Assembly (NCBI GenBank): GCA_963790345.1
Contig: CAWBOD010000006.1
Coordinates: forward strand, 23,573-87,572
Reading direction: 5' to 3'
Source of the DNA: an uncultured Acidimicrobiia bacterium
GTDB lineage: Bacteria > Actinomycetota > Acidimicrobiia > Spongiisociales > ZC4RG35
DNA length: 64,000 nt
Part shown: positions 45,774-55,292 of the stretch, piece by piece
Position numbering within the stretch: the stretch's first letter is position 1
Layout of the letters: every line of letters begins with the position of its first letter
Made by a program: the position numbers and the translations under genes
Notes under the pieces: model-generated
Seen by the model: the letters and a program-made list of their open reading frames with translations, nothing else
What the model was told of the DNA's origin: nothing
The model's database searches: none

Positions 45774-48151
45774 CTCGCCCCGCCGGCCGAGTCGACCTTT
45801 GCCATGCCTCGTCGCTCCAGCGCCGGGCGCCGGCCCAGGCGGCCCGAGACAGCCCCACCGGCCGCCACCAGCAGCCCGCCGATAGTCAGAAACCGACCAA
45901 GGGTTTCGACACCTCCATTGGCGAATTCCAGGGTTACCCGTTCCTGGGTCGGGACCACGATCATCAGAGACGGCCCGGCATGGAACGGTCCCTCGGCTCC
46001 GGTGGCCCGCCAGTTCGGAAAGTAGGACACTTTGACCAGGTGGGGCACGCCGATCGCGTCCGTCCTAAAGGAGATCTCATTGTCCTCGATCACCACGTCG
46101 GTGATCGTGGCCCGGGCGCCGGGCAACGAGTCCATGCCCCGGAGCTGGCTGAGATCGGTGATTCTCGGCCAATCCGCGGGTCCATCGGTGGTGATCCAAT
46201 GGTCCAGCAGATCCATCGACCCGTACCACTCGAGCGAAGTCTCCTCAAAGGTCGCGGCCTGTTCCCCGGGCCCGATGCCGACAATTCCCCCGACACGGGC
46301 GAGGAGACTGTTGTGGGGGCCTTCGTAGACGGCGGGTTGGAAGGTCGCAGCCTCGACGAGGGGTGAGTCGGCGACCTCGTAGAACGTGAAGGGGCCGGTG
46401 GCGGTCACTTCGGTGAGCTCGGGCCACTTGTCGGCTTCTTCCTTGGCTTCGGGGGTGTACGTCACGTAGTACTGGACTCCGAAGACCTGCAGATGACGAA
46501 TCCCGCGTTCGAAATCGAAACGGTGATAGTCCAAACCCGGGATGGGACTCGAAGGGTTGACGCTCATTTCGGCCTGGTTGAGGAAATGGAACGGCGTCGA
46601 GAGAGAGGACTCGAAGAAAAGGCCTTCCATCGAGCCGAAACCTTCCCGAGTCCAGAACGGAAACAACATCAACGCCATGGGTGATCCGAACTCGTTCATC
46701 GACTTGTCGTACTCCCAGTGAATGCGACCAGGTTCCAACTCGCTCTCGGTGGTGGCCATCAACGCTTGATACTCGGGCCATCGGGGTTTGCCCTCGTAAC
46801 CGGTGTAGTTCCATCGAGCCCACCCGTTCATGATCGTGATGCCGGCCACAGCTCCCAGAGCCAGGATCCCGGCACCGCTCATGGAGAGGAACACCTTCGA
46901 GTCGACCGACTTGATCCACAGCATCGAGACCATCAGAGCCCCGACCAGGGCCACCGCGAAAGCCCATACCACCCTGTTGGGAACATTGGGCTCCCTCGCC
47001 AACAACACCACGGCCACGATTCCCGCGGTCGTTCCGGCCACCCTGGGCAGGACTCCCGAAACTCGGGCCGGGAGGCGCCGCGCCAGCCACATCACTGTTC
47101 CTCCGAGGGCGATCGCCGCGAAGAACGTGACTCCGAAATACCAGAAGGGCAGCAGGCGTCCGTTCCACAGCTTCCACCGCGCGTTGAATATCCCTGGAAG
47201 CAGGTCCGGGAGAACGTTGGGCAACGGGTAGTAAATAACGGGTAACAGGGTGAGGGCCAGCACCGGCAGCGCCCGCGGGGTGCGCTTCCAGGTCCAGACC
47301 GCGCCCGCGACCGCCGGGATCAGCAGCAGCCAAATCTCGAGCGGGAACAGCTGGTCCCAGCTCGACAGCGGGACCCACGCCATGTCGGAGCTGAACCCGA
47401 GCCTGGCCAGCAGAGGCAGGACCCAGAATCCACTGATGGCGAGGCCACCCGCCCAGATCGGCAGAGCCCGTCTCCAAGCGCCCTTCCAGGTGAGCACTGT
47501 GAGGCTGGCCGTGACGATGACAATGATGGTGATGATGTGACACAAGACGGCTGCCGCCAGAGCGAGTGCTGCCGGGACCTGATACTTGGGATCGTCGCGC
47601 ACTGCTCTTATCAAGAGCCCCAGGTAGAGGAGCGAGAGCGCCAGCGACCATGAGAACGAGAACTCCCCTGCCAGGGTCGACAGGACGTTGCCGCCGTAAA
47701 TGGTGAAGCTCTCCATGAAGAGAAACGCAGCACCGGCACCGGCCGCGACCGTCGCTACCGGCCTCCCAAATCGCAGGCTGCGGGCCAGGAAGTACACGGC
47801 CGGCGGGGTCGCCAGCAGGCCGAGAGCCGTGGCGATCTTGAACGCCACGCCGTAGGGAAGGAGCACATCGAGAAGGACGATGACGAGTGAGGGAAGCGGA
47901 AAGTAGAAATAGAAAACCGGGTAGCCGGCGAACCAGTCCTGCGACCAGCCGAGGATGCGCCCTTGCGGCAGCAAGACGTCGCGGAGATAAGCGGGGACTG
48001 CGACGTGGGCGGCCATGTCACCCCCCGACGGGGTGTTGGCCGCCAGGATCAACCTGGGGTTGAGGACCATCAGAATGACAAACGAGATCGCCGCGAGCAC
48101 CGCCAGAGGGACCCAGCGTCTAAAAGTCGGGAGGGTGCTCCCTGATTGCAT
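45770..48151 (-). CDS. Large polytopic membrane protein, putative GT-C-type glycosyltransferase
   Basis: 793 aa: about 14 TM N-terminal half and a large soluble C-terminal domain. Converges on the GT2 gene and sits in the mannose-activation cluster. Confidence 0.55.
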   Translation of the reverse strand: MQSGSTLPTFRRWVPLAVLAAISFVILMVLNPRLILAANTPSGGDMAAHVAVPAYLRDVLLPQGRILGWSQDWFAGYPVFYFYFPLPSLVIVLLDVLLPYGVAFKIATALGLLATPPAVYFLARSLRFGRPVATVAAGAGAAFLFMESFTIYGGNVLSTLAGEFSFSWSLALSLLYLGLLIRAVRDDPKYQVPAALALAAAVLCHIITIIVIVTASLTVLTWKGAWRRALPIWAGGLAISGFWVLPLLARLGFSSDMAWVPLSSWDQLFPLEIWLLLIPAVAGAVWTWKRTPRALPVLALTLLPVIYYPLPNVLPDLLPGIFNARWKLWNGRLLPFWYFGVTFFAAIALGGTVMWLARRLPARVSGVLPRVAGTTAGIVAVVLLAREPNVPNRVVWAFAVALVGALMVSMLWIKSVDSKVFLSMSGAGILALGAVAGITIMNGWARWNYTGYEGKPRWPEYQALMATTESELEPGRIHWEYDKSMNEFGSPMALMLFPFWTREGFGSMEGLFFESSLSTPFHFLNQAEMSVNPSSPIPGLDYHRFDFERGIRHLQVFGVQYYVTYTPEAKEEADKWPELTEVTATGPFTFYEVADSPLVEAATFQPAVYEGPHNSLLARVGGIVGIGPGEQAATFEETSLEWYGSMDLLDHWITTDGPADWPRITDLSQLRGMDSLPGARATITDVVIEDNEISFRTDAIGVPHLVKVSYFPNWRATGAEGPFHAGPSLMIVVPTQERVTLEFANGGVETLGRFLTIGGLLVAAGGAVSGRLGRRPALERRGMAKVDSAGGAS

Positions 48152-48166
48152 CAGATCAGCAAAGCC

Positions 48167-48352
48167 TCAAGCGTCTATGCCGCGAGCTTTGCGAACGAGG
48201 TCCAGCACCTGGCGCAGGTCGATCACGCGGCCGGCCTTATCCCACCACTTTTCCTCGCATTTGTGGCACGAAAAGAACTGGACTTCGCTCCCGTCCGGGA
48301 GTCGATGCTTGATCTCGATCACGTCGTTGATGCCGCACTGGGGACAATCCAT
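48167..48352 (-). CDS. Small zinc-ribbon protein
   Basis: MDCPQCGINDVIEIKHRLPDGSEVQFFSCHKCEEKWWDKAGRVIDL (CPxCG...CxxC). Confidence 0.4.
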   Translation of the reverse strand: MDCPQCGINDVIEIKHRLPDGSEVQFFSCHKCEEKWWDKAGRVIDLRQVLDLVRKARGIDA

Positions 48353-48443
48353 TAGCGCGAAATCTTACCGAACTGTGGCGTTAGCCAGGGGACCTCGGGC
48401 CCGGGGCCCGTCCTTCGTTGTCCGGTTGCGGTCGGCGGCGTCA

Positions 48444-48767
48444 TCACTCCTCGTGGAGTAGTCGCCCGACGTAGCGACTGCGACGGCGGCCCTTTTCCCA
48501 CCAATAGGCGTACCAGTAGGGGCCGTGGGGGCACGTGGTGCAACTCTTCTTGCCGCACTTGATCATCTGCTCGCGCAGCCTGACCCTGGCCCGGTCTTCC
48601 AAGCCGACCGCCCCTTGTCGTTCGAGTTGTGCCCGGGACAGGATCAGCAAACGGCGAAGGTCGTGCTGGTCAAGGTCCCTGACCGCGTCGAGTAGATCGC
48701 GGTCAAGGGGCATCTCAGGCCACTTCGAGCGGTGCGAAGAGGCGCACGACCGTGCGATGGTCGGCAA
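48444..48767 (-). CDS. Hypothetical protein with C-terminal CGKKSCTTCPHGPYWYAYW zinc-ribbon-like motif
   Basis: ORF only; overlaps next gene by 53 nt in another frame. Confidence 0.3.
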   Translation of the reverse strand: MPTIARSCASSHRSKWPEMPLDRDLLDAVRDLDQHDLRRLLILSRAQLERQGAVGLEDRARVRLREQMIKCGKKSCTTCPHGPYWYAYWWEKGRRRSRYVGRLLHEE

Positions 48768-48933
48768 AGGTCCATCCCAACGGCGGGCTCAAACGCCCAG
48801 CGTGGTTGGCGCAGAGGGCATAGCCAGGTGCGGCGTGCCCCTCGAGATCCTCTATCCACATCTGTCGGTCGGCATAGTCGTAGGACATGCGGACAGAGGC
48901 CGGAGTGCTGCAACGGACGCAAGAAGAGAGCAT
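48715..48933 (-). CDS. DUF3499-family protein
   Basis: CVRCSTPASVRMSYDYADRQMWIEDL...PGYALCANHAGRLSPPLGW matches the actinobacterial DUF3499 pattern. Confidence 0.6.
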   Translation of the reverse strand: MLSSCVRCSTPASVRMSYDYADRQMWIEDLEGHAAPGYALCANHAGRLSPPLGWTFADHRTVVRLFAPLEVA

Positions 48934-49003
48934 GACTCAACGGTAGGTCGGCGCCCGCTGTCCGACAAGGATCGAAAATGACCGTCGCCACTGACCTTTC
49001 GAT

Positions 49004-49384
49004 TCAGCGCCTGGTCTTAGAGGCCGGTGATACCGCCGCCAAATGCCGGCGCCGGGGCACCCCTTCGAAGACCACCGCCCGGTTATCGGGCGACACGAGG
49101 ATGGCGGTGGGGACTCTGGTGATCCCGTGGTGACCGAAGCTCTGCGGATCGTCCTCGTGACGGGTTTCGGTGAAGGCATCCCCATAGACCGAGGCGATCA
49201 CCTTCCTCGCCTCCGCGCAGGTCGCGCAGGTGGCGGAGGTGAAAAGGTGGACCCCAGGGGGCAGGTCTTCCCTCGTGGTATTGATAGGACGGGCACGGCG
49301 GGTTCGGGCTGACACCGCTGCCGCCATGACGATCACACCGACCATCAGCACGATCACGAGGATGCGGACGCTGGGCTCGCTCAT
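49004..49384 (-). CDS. Membrane-anchored thioredoxin-like protein (CxxC)
   Basis: N-terminal TM, then FTSATCATCAEAR CxxC motif. Confidence 0.5.
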   Translation of the reverse strand: MSEPSVRILVIVLMVGVIVMAAAVSARTRRARPINTTREDLPPGVHLFTSATCATCAEARKVIASVYGDAFTETRHEDDPQSFGHHGITRVPTAILVSPDNRAVVFEGVPRRRHLAAVSPASKTRR

Positions 49385-50649
49385 TCGAGGGGCACGGCCG
49401 CTGACAGCCCGATCGAGGTCCCACTGAGAACGCCGTAGAAAACGACAACGTCGCCATCGGCCGACACCTCGATCCCACCACCTCGGGCGCCGGGCACGAA
49501 GACTCCGGTCGTCATTCCTGCGGGCAGCTGGGCGGTTTGAACGGCGGAGATGCCGAGCCGTTTGATCGTCGCCGTAAGAGCCTGGCCTGACGTGTTCAGG
49601 ATCCAGACGGTCGTCTGGCCCTCGGTGAGGACAGCCGAGACGGGGATCGACCAGCTCGACGCCTCCCGGGCCAGTCCCGGCGCCACCGCCCGGACCTCCT
49701 CGAATGAGTAGACCATCGCCGCCGACAGAGGTTCCACCGCTGACACGATGAGGCCGGATCCCGGCCCGGCGACAGTCTCCACCGGCAGGACCGACATGGT
49801 TTGCGCAACGATGACCCCTTCAGCCACCCCTTCGACCACCCCATCAGGTTGGATTCGATCCACCCGGTAGGCGGTGTCGACGTCGGCCATCGATCTGAGG
49901 TGGATTTCACCATCGAATCCGAAATCGGGAAGGGCAAAGAACCATTGAGTGCTGGGGACCACCGCCTCCGAGGTGGCAACGTCGCTAGGGCCGGAGCGCT
50001 TCATCCCTGCCACCACTAGCCCGGAATCGGCAACGATCGCAAAGCTCAGACTCTGCCTCCCGGCCATGGATTGGCCGAGCCCCACCTCGACCGAGGTGGC
50101 GGGAGGTATCGCCATCTCTTCGAGGTCGGTCGGGGTGTCGACGCCGAACTCGCTGGCCCCGATCAATCGCACAGACGCCTCGGAGGCGAACGGGTTGACC
50201 AGGACCATCGTGGAACTATCACCTTCCGCCGTTGACATCCCCATGACCGCGACCGGGCCGGTGGCCGCCGGTACGCAGCCCGATACCGCAGCAACGGTCC
50301 CCGCCCGGCTATAGGTTGCTGCGGCTCCCCGCGACTCGACCAGGATCGGTGTCGTCCCCAGTTCGGCTAACTCACCGACCTCCATGACGAAGGTGCCATC
50401 TGCGTTTGGAAGGTGCTCGACCGTTCTTCCACCGACCACCGTGATGCTGCCCCCTTCTGGGCTTGCGACCCCTAGTCGAGAGGAGAAACCGCCTCCTGCT
50501 TCCGCGACCGGGCAAACGACATATGGGTCCGAATCGATGGGGGGAAGCCCGACTGGATCCGGTTCCGGCTTCGGTGGCAGAAGCAACCCGAAGACCGCCA
50601 GGCCGGCGGCAGCCATGATCATGGCCCAACGGGCGGCAGTACCAGTCAC
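49381..50649 (-). CDS. DUF5719-like secreted/membrane-anchored protein
   Basis: N-terminal TM/signal. Ala/Gly/Val-rich beta-rich body. Placement between GT2 fusion and DUF3499 as in other actinobacteria. Confidence 0.5.
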   Translation of the reverse strand: MTGTAARWAMIMAAAGLAVFGLLLPPKPEPDPVGLPPIDSDPYVVCPVAEAGGGFSSRLGVASPEGGSITVVGGRTVEHLPNADGTFVMEVGELAELGTTPILVESRGAAATYSRAGTVAAVSGCVPAATGPVAVMGMSTAEGDSSTMVLVNPFASEASVRLIGASEFGVDTPTDLEEMAIPPATSVEVGLGQSMAGRQSLSFAIVADSGLVVAGMKRSGPSDVATSEAVVPSTQWFFALPDFGFDGEIHLRSMADVDTAYRVDRIQPDGVVEGVAEGVIVAQTMSVLPVETVAGPGSGLIVSAVEPLSAAMVYSFEEVRAVAPGLAREASSWSIPVSAVLTEGQTTVWILNTSGQALTATIKRLGISAVQTAQLPAGMTTGVFVPGARGGGIEVSADGDVVVFYGVLSGTSIGLSAAVPLE

Positions 50650-53531
50650 GTGCGCGCCTCGACCTGATCCGGTCCGTTTTCGCCGGCCTCTTCAGCCACC
50701 GGAGGGCGGTCCTCTACCTGACCTTTGCGGTCGGTGCCGGCCGGTGTCTGTGGTCGCGGATTCCTGGTCCCCCATGCGACGAGAATCAAGAGGACCACGA
50801 ACAACGACCCTGAGGCCAGACCGGCCACCCTCAGCAGCTGGACGGGCGTGAAGACGACCTCTCCCGCTTCGCCCGAGACCGAATTGGCCCAACCATCGGC
50901 CGCTCTCGCCCAGTCCGGTCCCCACCGGGCATCGGCATTGTCGGCCAGTCGGACCCTGCTTTCGGTGGGAGCACCTCGGTAGCGCTGGCCGTCCCACTCC
51001 CAAACTGTTCCGTCCACCGTCAAGGCTCGGGCAGATTCGGTCAGGTTCTCGTACACGATCACTTCGGGGTCGACCGGCGTCAGGGAAAGATCCACCTGGC
51101 GATCCAGCGCCTGCAGGTCGAGGCCGGTTCCAGGCAGGACCACCACCCAGCCAATTCCGAATTCGGCCAGAGCCGCCCCCGGCCGGAGATTTACCCCTCG
51201 AATCAGGTGATCGATGATGACCCTCTCCAACTCGACGTCGCCGACGGCGACGTCGGGTAGATACGCCTGGTCGAGGGTGACGGCGCTCCCGTCGATCAAT
51301 CTGTAAGCGACCGGACCGAGAGAGCGACTGGCGCCTGGCAGGTCGGCGGGGGGCCCGATCAGTAAAACGCGGGTCGAGGTGGGGAATTCGGCGAGGGTGG
51401 TCACGAAGCCGAGGCGATCGGACCACTGGTTTGGGGGCAGGCCGGCGCGGCCTCCGGCGGCCGTGACGACCGCAGGCACGAGGAACAAAGCCACGGACAA
51501 CATCGCCACGAGTCGGCGCCAGGTGGGACCTTCGGCGACCTCGACCACCATCGCGGTTACCAGGGCCCCTCCGACCGATGCGGCGAGCAAGCCGATCATC
51601 CCCCATCCGGTCAGGATCCCCGGGGAGGACGCCAGCAGCCACCCCCCGATTGCCAACGACGCCCCGAACGCCAGGGAACCCAGGCGGGTCTTACCGATCC
51701 ACAGCGCTCCCACCCCGACCGCCGCCACCACCGAGACTGGCCAGAGCCACCCGGGTTCGATCCTCGGCATCGGCGAGGCGGTCAGAAGCGGCCAGAGATT
51801 GCCTGCGGCCACGAACGGAGCCACGAGCCCGAGGCCGAGCGAGGTCACTGCTAGGCCGGTAACAACCGCAAACCAGCGCCGGGTGAAAACGGCCCAGAGG
51901 ACCGCGGCAATCGGAACCAGCACGATCGCTGGTGGATAACTGATCGCCACCAAACCGGCCGCGAGACCACCCCGGCCGTATCGGCCCAGCCGGCGCCGCC
52001 AATCCCCACTCGTCGGGGCCAGGACCGCATCGAGCACCCACGGCAAGGGCCCGGCCGCCAGCAACAACGGCCATTGTCCGGCACCGAACAGGGCCGCCGA
52101 GGTGGCACCCGCCAGATATACCCAGGCGGCAATATGCCCGGCGCCGCTCGAAGCCCCGGCCCGTCGGGCCAGTCTGATGGTTCCCGCCAGGGCCCCCACC
52201 ACGGCGCCGACGGTCAGCAGAGTGGCCGCGATCTCGGGCCGGCCTCCGACCAACAGGTTGACTAGAGCTCCCAGGCCGGCAATTGGCGGAGCGGGGGCTG
52301 GACTCCCGAGCCCGGACGCATTCCAACCCCCTCCGTAGGATGCCGCGAGGCCACCGAGACTGTCGGCCGGAGGCAGGCTGAATCCGGCCACTGGAGTCCC
52401 CGCGAACCAGATCTCGCGGGTAGCGAGGGCGATTCCCAGGCCCGAGAGCGACACCAGGATGGCGGTAGGTTTGGTCCAGGCATGGACGGTTCGCCCTGCC
52501 AGAGAGTCAGGCTCTTCTTCATCTATGGCCCGGCTGAAGCGCTCCCCCAACTCTGACATTGTTCTTCGCAAACGGACCGAGCCCGCGACCTGGAACCTGA
52601 ACAATTCTTCGTCTCCAACCTGACGCACCCGGTTGAGGGCTCGTCGGGCCAAAAAGGTGGAAGGAAGCTTCCCCACGTTCCAGACCCAGCCGAAGACGGT
52701 CGCCAGCAAAGGCCGTAATCGCCCCAGGAGTAGCTGGCCGACCCCATCGGCGAGCCCGGCAAGGAACCCAGTTGGCACGACCCATGCGAGGGTTATCGGT
52801 TTGTAGGCGATCAGCATGGCCCGTTGCCGGCCTGCCTGTTGCAGCCATCCGGGCTGGTGATCCGGACAATCGAGCGGGTGGAATACCTCCGACGACGGCA
52901 CGACGATTACTCGACCGCCGGCCAGCCGGGCGCGCTGGGACAGATCGAGTCCGGCGGCGTCGAGGGACAACTCGGGGTCGAGACCCCTCAGTCCACTCAG
53001 GAGGTCCCGCCGAACCAGCATCGAAATCGGGGAAACGAACGCCACCTCACGAACCACGTCGTACTGCTCGAGATCCAGTTCCTCGGGGTCCAGCCCCGAG
53101 TAGGGCTCACCGAACACGTCCGTCGCTTCGCCCACGGAGTCGAGGAGATCGTCCGATCCCTCGATCAGAACCTTGGAGCCGGCGACCGAAGCGTCGTGGC
53201 GTCGGGTTTCTCGCAAAAGGGCGAGCAAGGCATCTGGACGCGGCCGGGTGTCCCCGTGGATCAGCCACACGAACTGGATTCTGTCCTCCAACCGGTCGAG
53301 GATCTGACCGACGTGATCCAGATGGACTATCGGGTCGGAGGATTCCGGATCAGATGACTCTTCGCCGCCAATCTGGAGCACCTGAGCAGGCACGTAGACT
53401 TGCCGCGAGACGGCTGCCAATGTCTCGTCCAGTCGGCGTCGTGGTGCGGACAGCACTACAACTGCCACGGCGGGAACGCCGGGAGACATGGCGGGAGAAG
53501 GAGCTACCGGAAGACCCGGCCGGCTGGTCAT
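50646..53531 (-). CDS. Glycosyltransferase family 2 domain fused to a very large polytopic membrane domain
   Basis: N-terminal GT2 (VAVVVLSAPRRRLDETLAAVSRQ...) followed by about 20 predicted TM helices. 961 aa. Confidence 0.75.
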   Translation of the reverse strand: MTSRPGLPVAPSPAMSPGVPAVAVVVLSAPRRRLDETLAAVSRQVYVPAQVLQIGGEESSDPESSDPIVHLDHVGQILDRLEDRIQFVWLIHGDTRPRPDALLALLRETRRHDASVAGSKVLIEGSDDLLDSVGEATDVFGEPYSGLDPEELDLEQYDVVREVAFVSPISMLVRRDLLSGLRGLDPELSLDAAGLDLSQRARLAGGRVIVVPSSEVFHPLDCPDHQPGWLQQAGRQRAMLIAYKPITLAWVVPTGFLAGLADGVGQLLLGRLRPLLATVFGWVWNVGKLPSTFLARRALNRVRQVGDEELFRFQVAGSVRLRRTMSELGERFSRAIDEEEPDSLAGRTVHAWTKPTAILVSLSGLGIALATREIWFAGTPVAGFSLPPADSLGGLAASYGGGWNASGLGSPAPAPPIAGLGALVNLLVGGRPEIAATLLTVGAVVGALAGTIRLARRAGASSGAGHIAAWVYLAGATSAALFGAGQWPLLLAAGPLPWVLDAVLAPTSGDWRRRLGRYGRGGLAAGLVAISYPPAIVLVPIAAVLWAVFTRRWFAVVTGLAVTSLGLGLVAPFVAAGNLWPLLTASPMPRIEPGWLWPVSVVAAVGVGALWIGKTRLGSLAFGASLAIGGWLLASSPGILTGWGMIGLLAASVGGALVTAMVVEVAEGPTWRRLVAMLSVALFLVPAVVTAAGGRAGLPPNQWSDRLGFVTTLAEFPTSTRVLLIGPPADLPGASRSLGPVAYRLIDGSAVTLDQAYLPDVAVGDVELERVIIDHLIRGVNLRPGAALAEFGIGWVVVLPGTGLDLQALDRQVDLSLTPVDPEVIVYENLTESARALTVDGTVWEWDGQRYRGAPTESRVRLADNADARWGPDWARAADGWANSVSGEAGEVVFTPVQLLRVAGLASGSLFVVLLILVAWGTRNPRPQTPAGTDRKGQVEDRPPVAEEAGENGPDQVEART

Positions 53532-53583
53532 GGGGCAGGATTGTGTTGCAGTCCTACAAGGACCGCAATCTCGGGAGGATTAC

Positions 53584-54507
53584 GTGAGGTTGGCGATGTT
53601 GTCGGGGGGGGTGGGCGGCGCCCGTTTAGCCCGGGGATTGGCGGCCAATCCTGAGGTCGACTTGACCGTGATCGTCAACGTCGGCGATGACGAACGTATT
53701 TACGGCCTAATGGTTTCACCCGACATCGACACCGTTATCTACACGATGGCCGGACGGGAGGGTTCCCACGGCTGGGGTCTGCGCGACGACCCCTTTACGG
53801 CCATGGCGGCCATGGACGCCCTCCCGATCGATACCAATTTCCGGATCGGTGACCGCGACATTGCGACCAACCTTTTCCGAACGGACCGTTTGGCAGGCGG
53901 TTGGTCGCTGACCTGGGTGACCACGGCCCTGGCTTCGGCATTCGGCGTCCCCGCAACGATTCTGCCCGCGACCGACGACCCCCTGCGGTCCCAGCTGAAG
54001 GTGGCAGGGGGCGACTGGATCAGCTTCCAGGAATACTTCGTGGTGAGACGCCATTCCGATGAGGTCGAGGACATCCGGTTCGAAGGGGCCGGATTCTGCC
54101 GACCGGCGCCCGGGGTCATCGAAGCGATAGAGGCGAGTGACGCCCTGGTGATCGGGCCGTCGAACCCGATCCTCTCGGTCTGGCCGATTCTGGCCGTTCC
54201 GGCGATTGGCGAGGCGGTCGCTCACAAGTCCCGGGTGATCGCCGTCAGCCCCCTGATTGGTGGGTCGGCCCTCAAGGGACCGGCCCATCGCATCCTCGCT
54301 GCTTTCGGCTACGGGACGGGGACCTCGGCGGTGATCGCCTCCTATGGAGGTCTCCTCACCGACATCGTCATCGACAATGCCGACGCCGACGATGCCCTTG
54401 GAGTGAAGAAACCCCGGATACATGTGACCGACACCCGGATGCCCGATCTCGCGGCCTCCACCAAGTTGGCGGAAGTCGTCGTCGAAACGCTCGCCCACGA
54501 CGGATAG
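53584..54507 (+). CDS. cofD: 2-phospho-L-lactate transferase (F420 biosynthesis)
   Basis: VRLAMLSGGVGGARLARGL...VIVNVGDDERIYGLMVSPDIDTVIYT. Confidence 0.85.
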   Translation: MRLAMLSGGVGGARLARGLAANPEVDLTVIVNVGDDERIYGLMVSPDIDTVIYTMAGREGSHGWGLRDDPFTAMAAMDALPIDTNFRIGDRDIATNLFRTDRLAGGWSLTWVTTALASAFGVPATILPATDDPLRSQLKVAGGDWISFQEYFVVRRHSDEVEDIRFEGAGFCRPAPGVIEAIEASDALVIGPSNPILSVWPILAVPAIGEAVAHKSRVIAVSPLIGGSALKGPAHRILAAFGYGTGTSAVIASYGGLLTDIVIDNADADDALGVKKPRIHVTDTRMPDLAASTKLAEVVVETLAHDG

Positions 54508-54511
54508 CGGC

Positions 54512-55165
54512 GTGTCCATCGAGATCTTCCCGGTCACAGGCATCCCCGAAGTCGAACCCGGAGATGACCTGGCCTCAATTCTGGTTGACGCCGTGTCGCC
54601 CCTGCGGCCTCGCGACGGCGACATCCTGGTCGTTACCCACAAGGTGGTCTCCAAGGCGGAAGGTGCGATCGCTCCCGCCGTTACCGACCAGGACTACCGC
54701 GACGTCGTGGGGTCCGAAGCCGCCTCCATAATCCGCCGCAAAGGGGATATGGTCATCGCCGTTACCCGCCACGGTTTTGTCTGTGCAAATGCCGGCGTCG
54801 ATCGCTCCAATGTGACCGGCGATCGCGTCGTCCTCCTCCCCCGGGATCCCGACCGATCGGCGCATAGGATCCGCATACGAATCCAAAGAGATCTCGGGGT
54901 CGATCTGGCGGTGGTCATCTCCGATACGTTCGGTCGGGCCTGGCGCACCGGAGTGATCGACGTGGCCATCGGTATCTCTGGTATGAATCCGATTCTCGAT
55001 CTCAAGGGCACGACCGACATGCATGGAAGGGTCCTTGAGGTCACAGAGGTGGCGATAGCCGACGAAGTCGCCGCAGCAGCGGAGCTGGCCATGGGGAAGT
55101 CAACCGGGACCGCGGCGGCGCTGGTTCGAGGCGTTGCTTACGACCTGGGAGGGACGAGCGTCTGA
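54512..55165 (+). CDS. cofE: Coenzyme F420-0:L-glutamate ligase (CofE/FbiB N-terminal domain type)
   Basis: MSIEIFPVTGIPEVEPGDDLASIL...ILVVTHKVVSKAEG...CANAGVDRSN. Confidence 0.85.
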   Translation: MSIEIFPVTGIPEVEPGDDLASILVDAVSPLRPRDGDILVVTHKVVSKAEGAIAPAVTDQDYRDVVGSEAASIIRRKGDMVIAVTRHGFVCANAGVDRSNVTGDRVVLLPRDPDRSAHRIRIRIQRDLGVDLAVVISDTFGRAWRTGVIDVAIGISGMNPILDLKGTTDMHGRVLEVTEVAIADEVAAAAELAMGKSTGTAAALVRGVAYDLGGTSV

Positions 55166-55205
55166 GCTGGTCCGGGACCCAACCGAGGACATGTTCCGGT
55201 AGGTG

Positions 55206-55271
55206 GTGCGTTTTGGTGCGTGTGCGTCACGGTCTGGGCTGACCTAAAACGCACGACGCAAAACGCAAACG
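55206..55271. terminator. GC-rich inverted repeat with GTGCGT/ACGCAC motif between convergent cofE and ugd
   Basis: gtgcgttttggtgcgtgtgcgt ... aaaacgcacgacgcaaaacgcaaacgc. Confidence 0.4.
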
Positions 55272-55292
55272 CAGAACGGGCGCCGAAGGCGC

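Noticed and set aside
50692-53357. Multiple 170-320-aa ORFs in other frames within 50646-53531
   Set aside because: All overlap the 961-aa GT2-membrane fusion ORF, which has coherent domain structure. Alternatives are R/G/P-rich.
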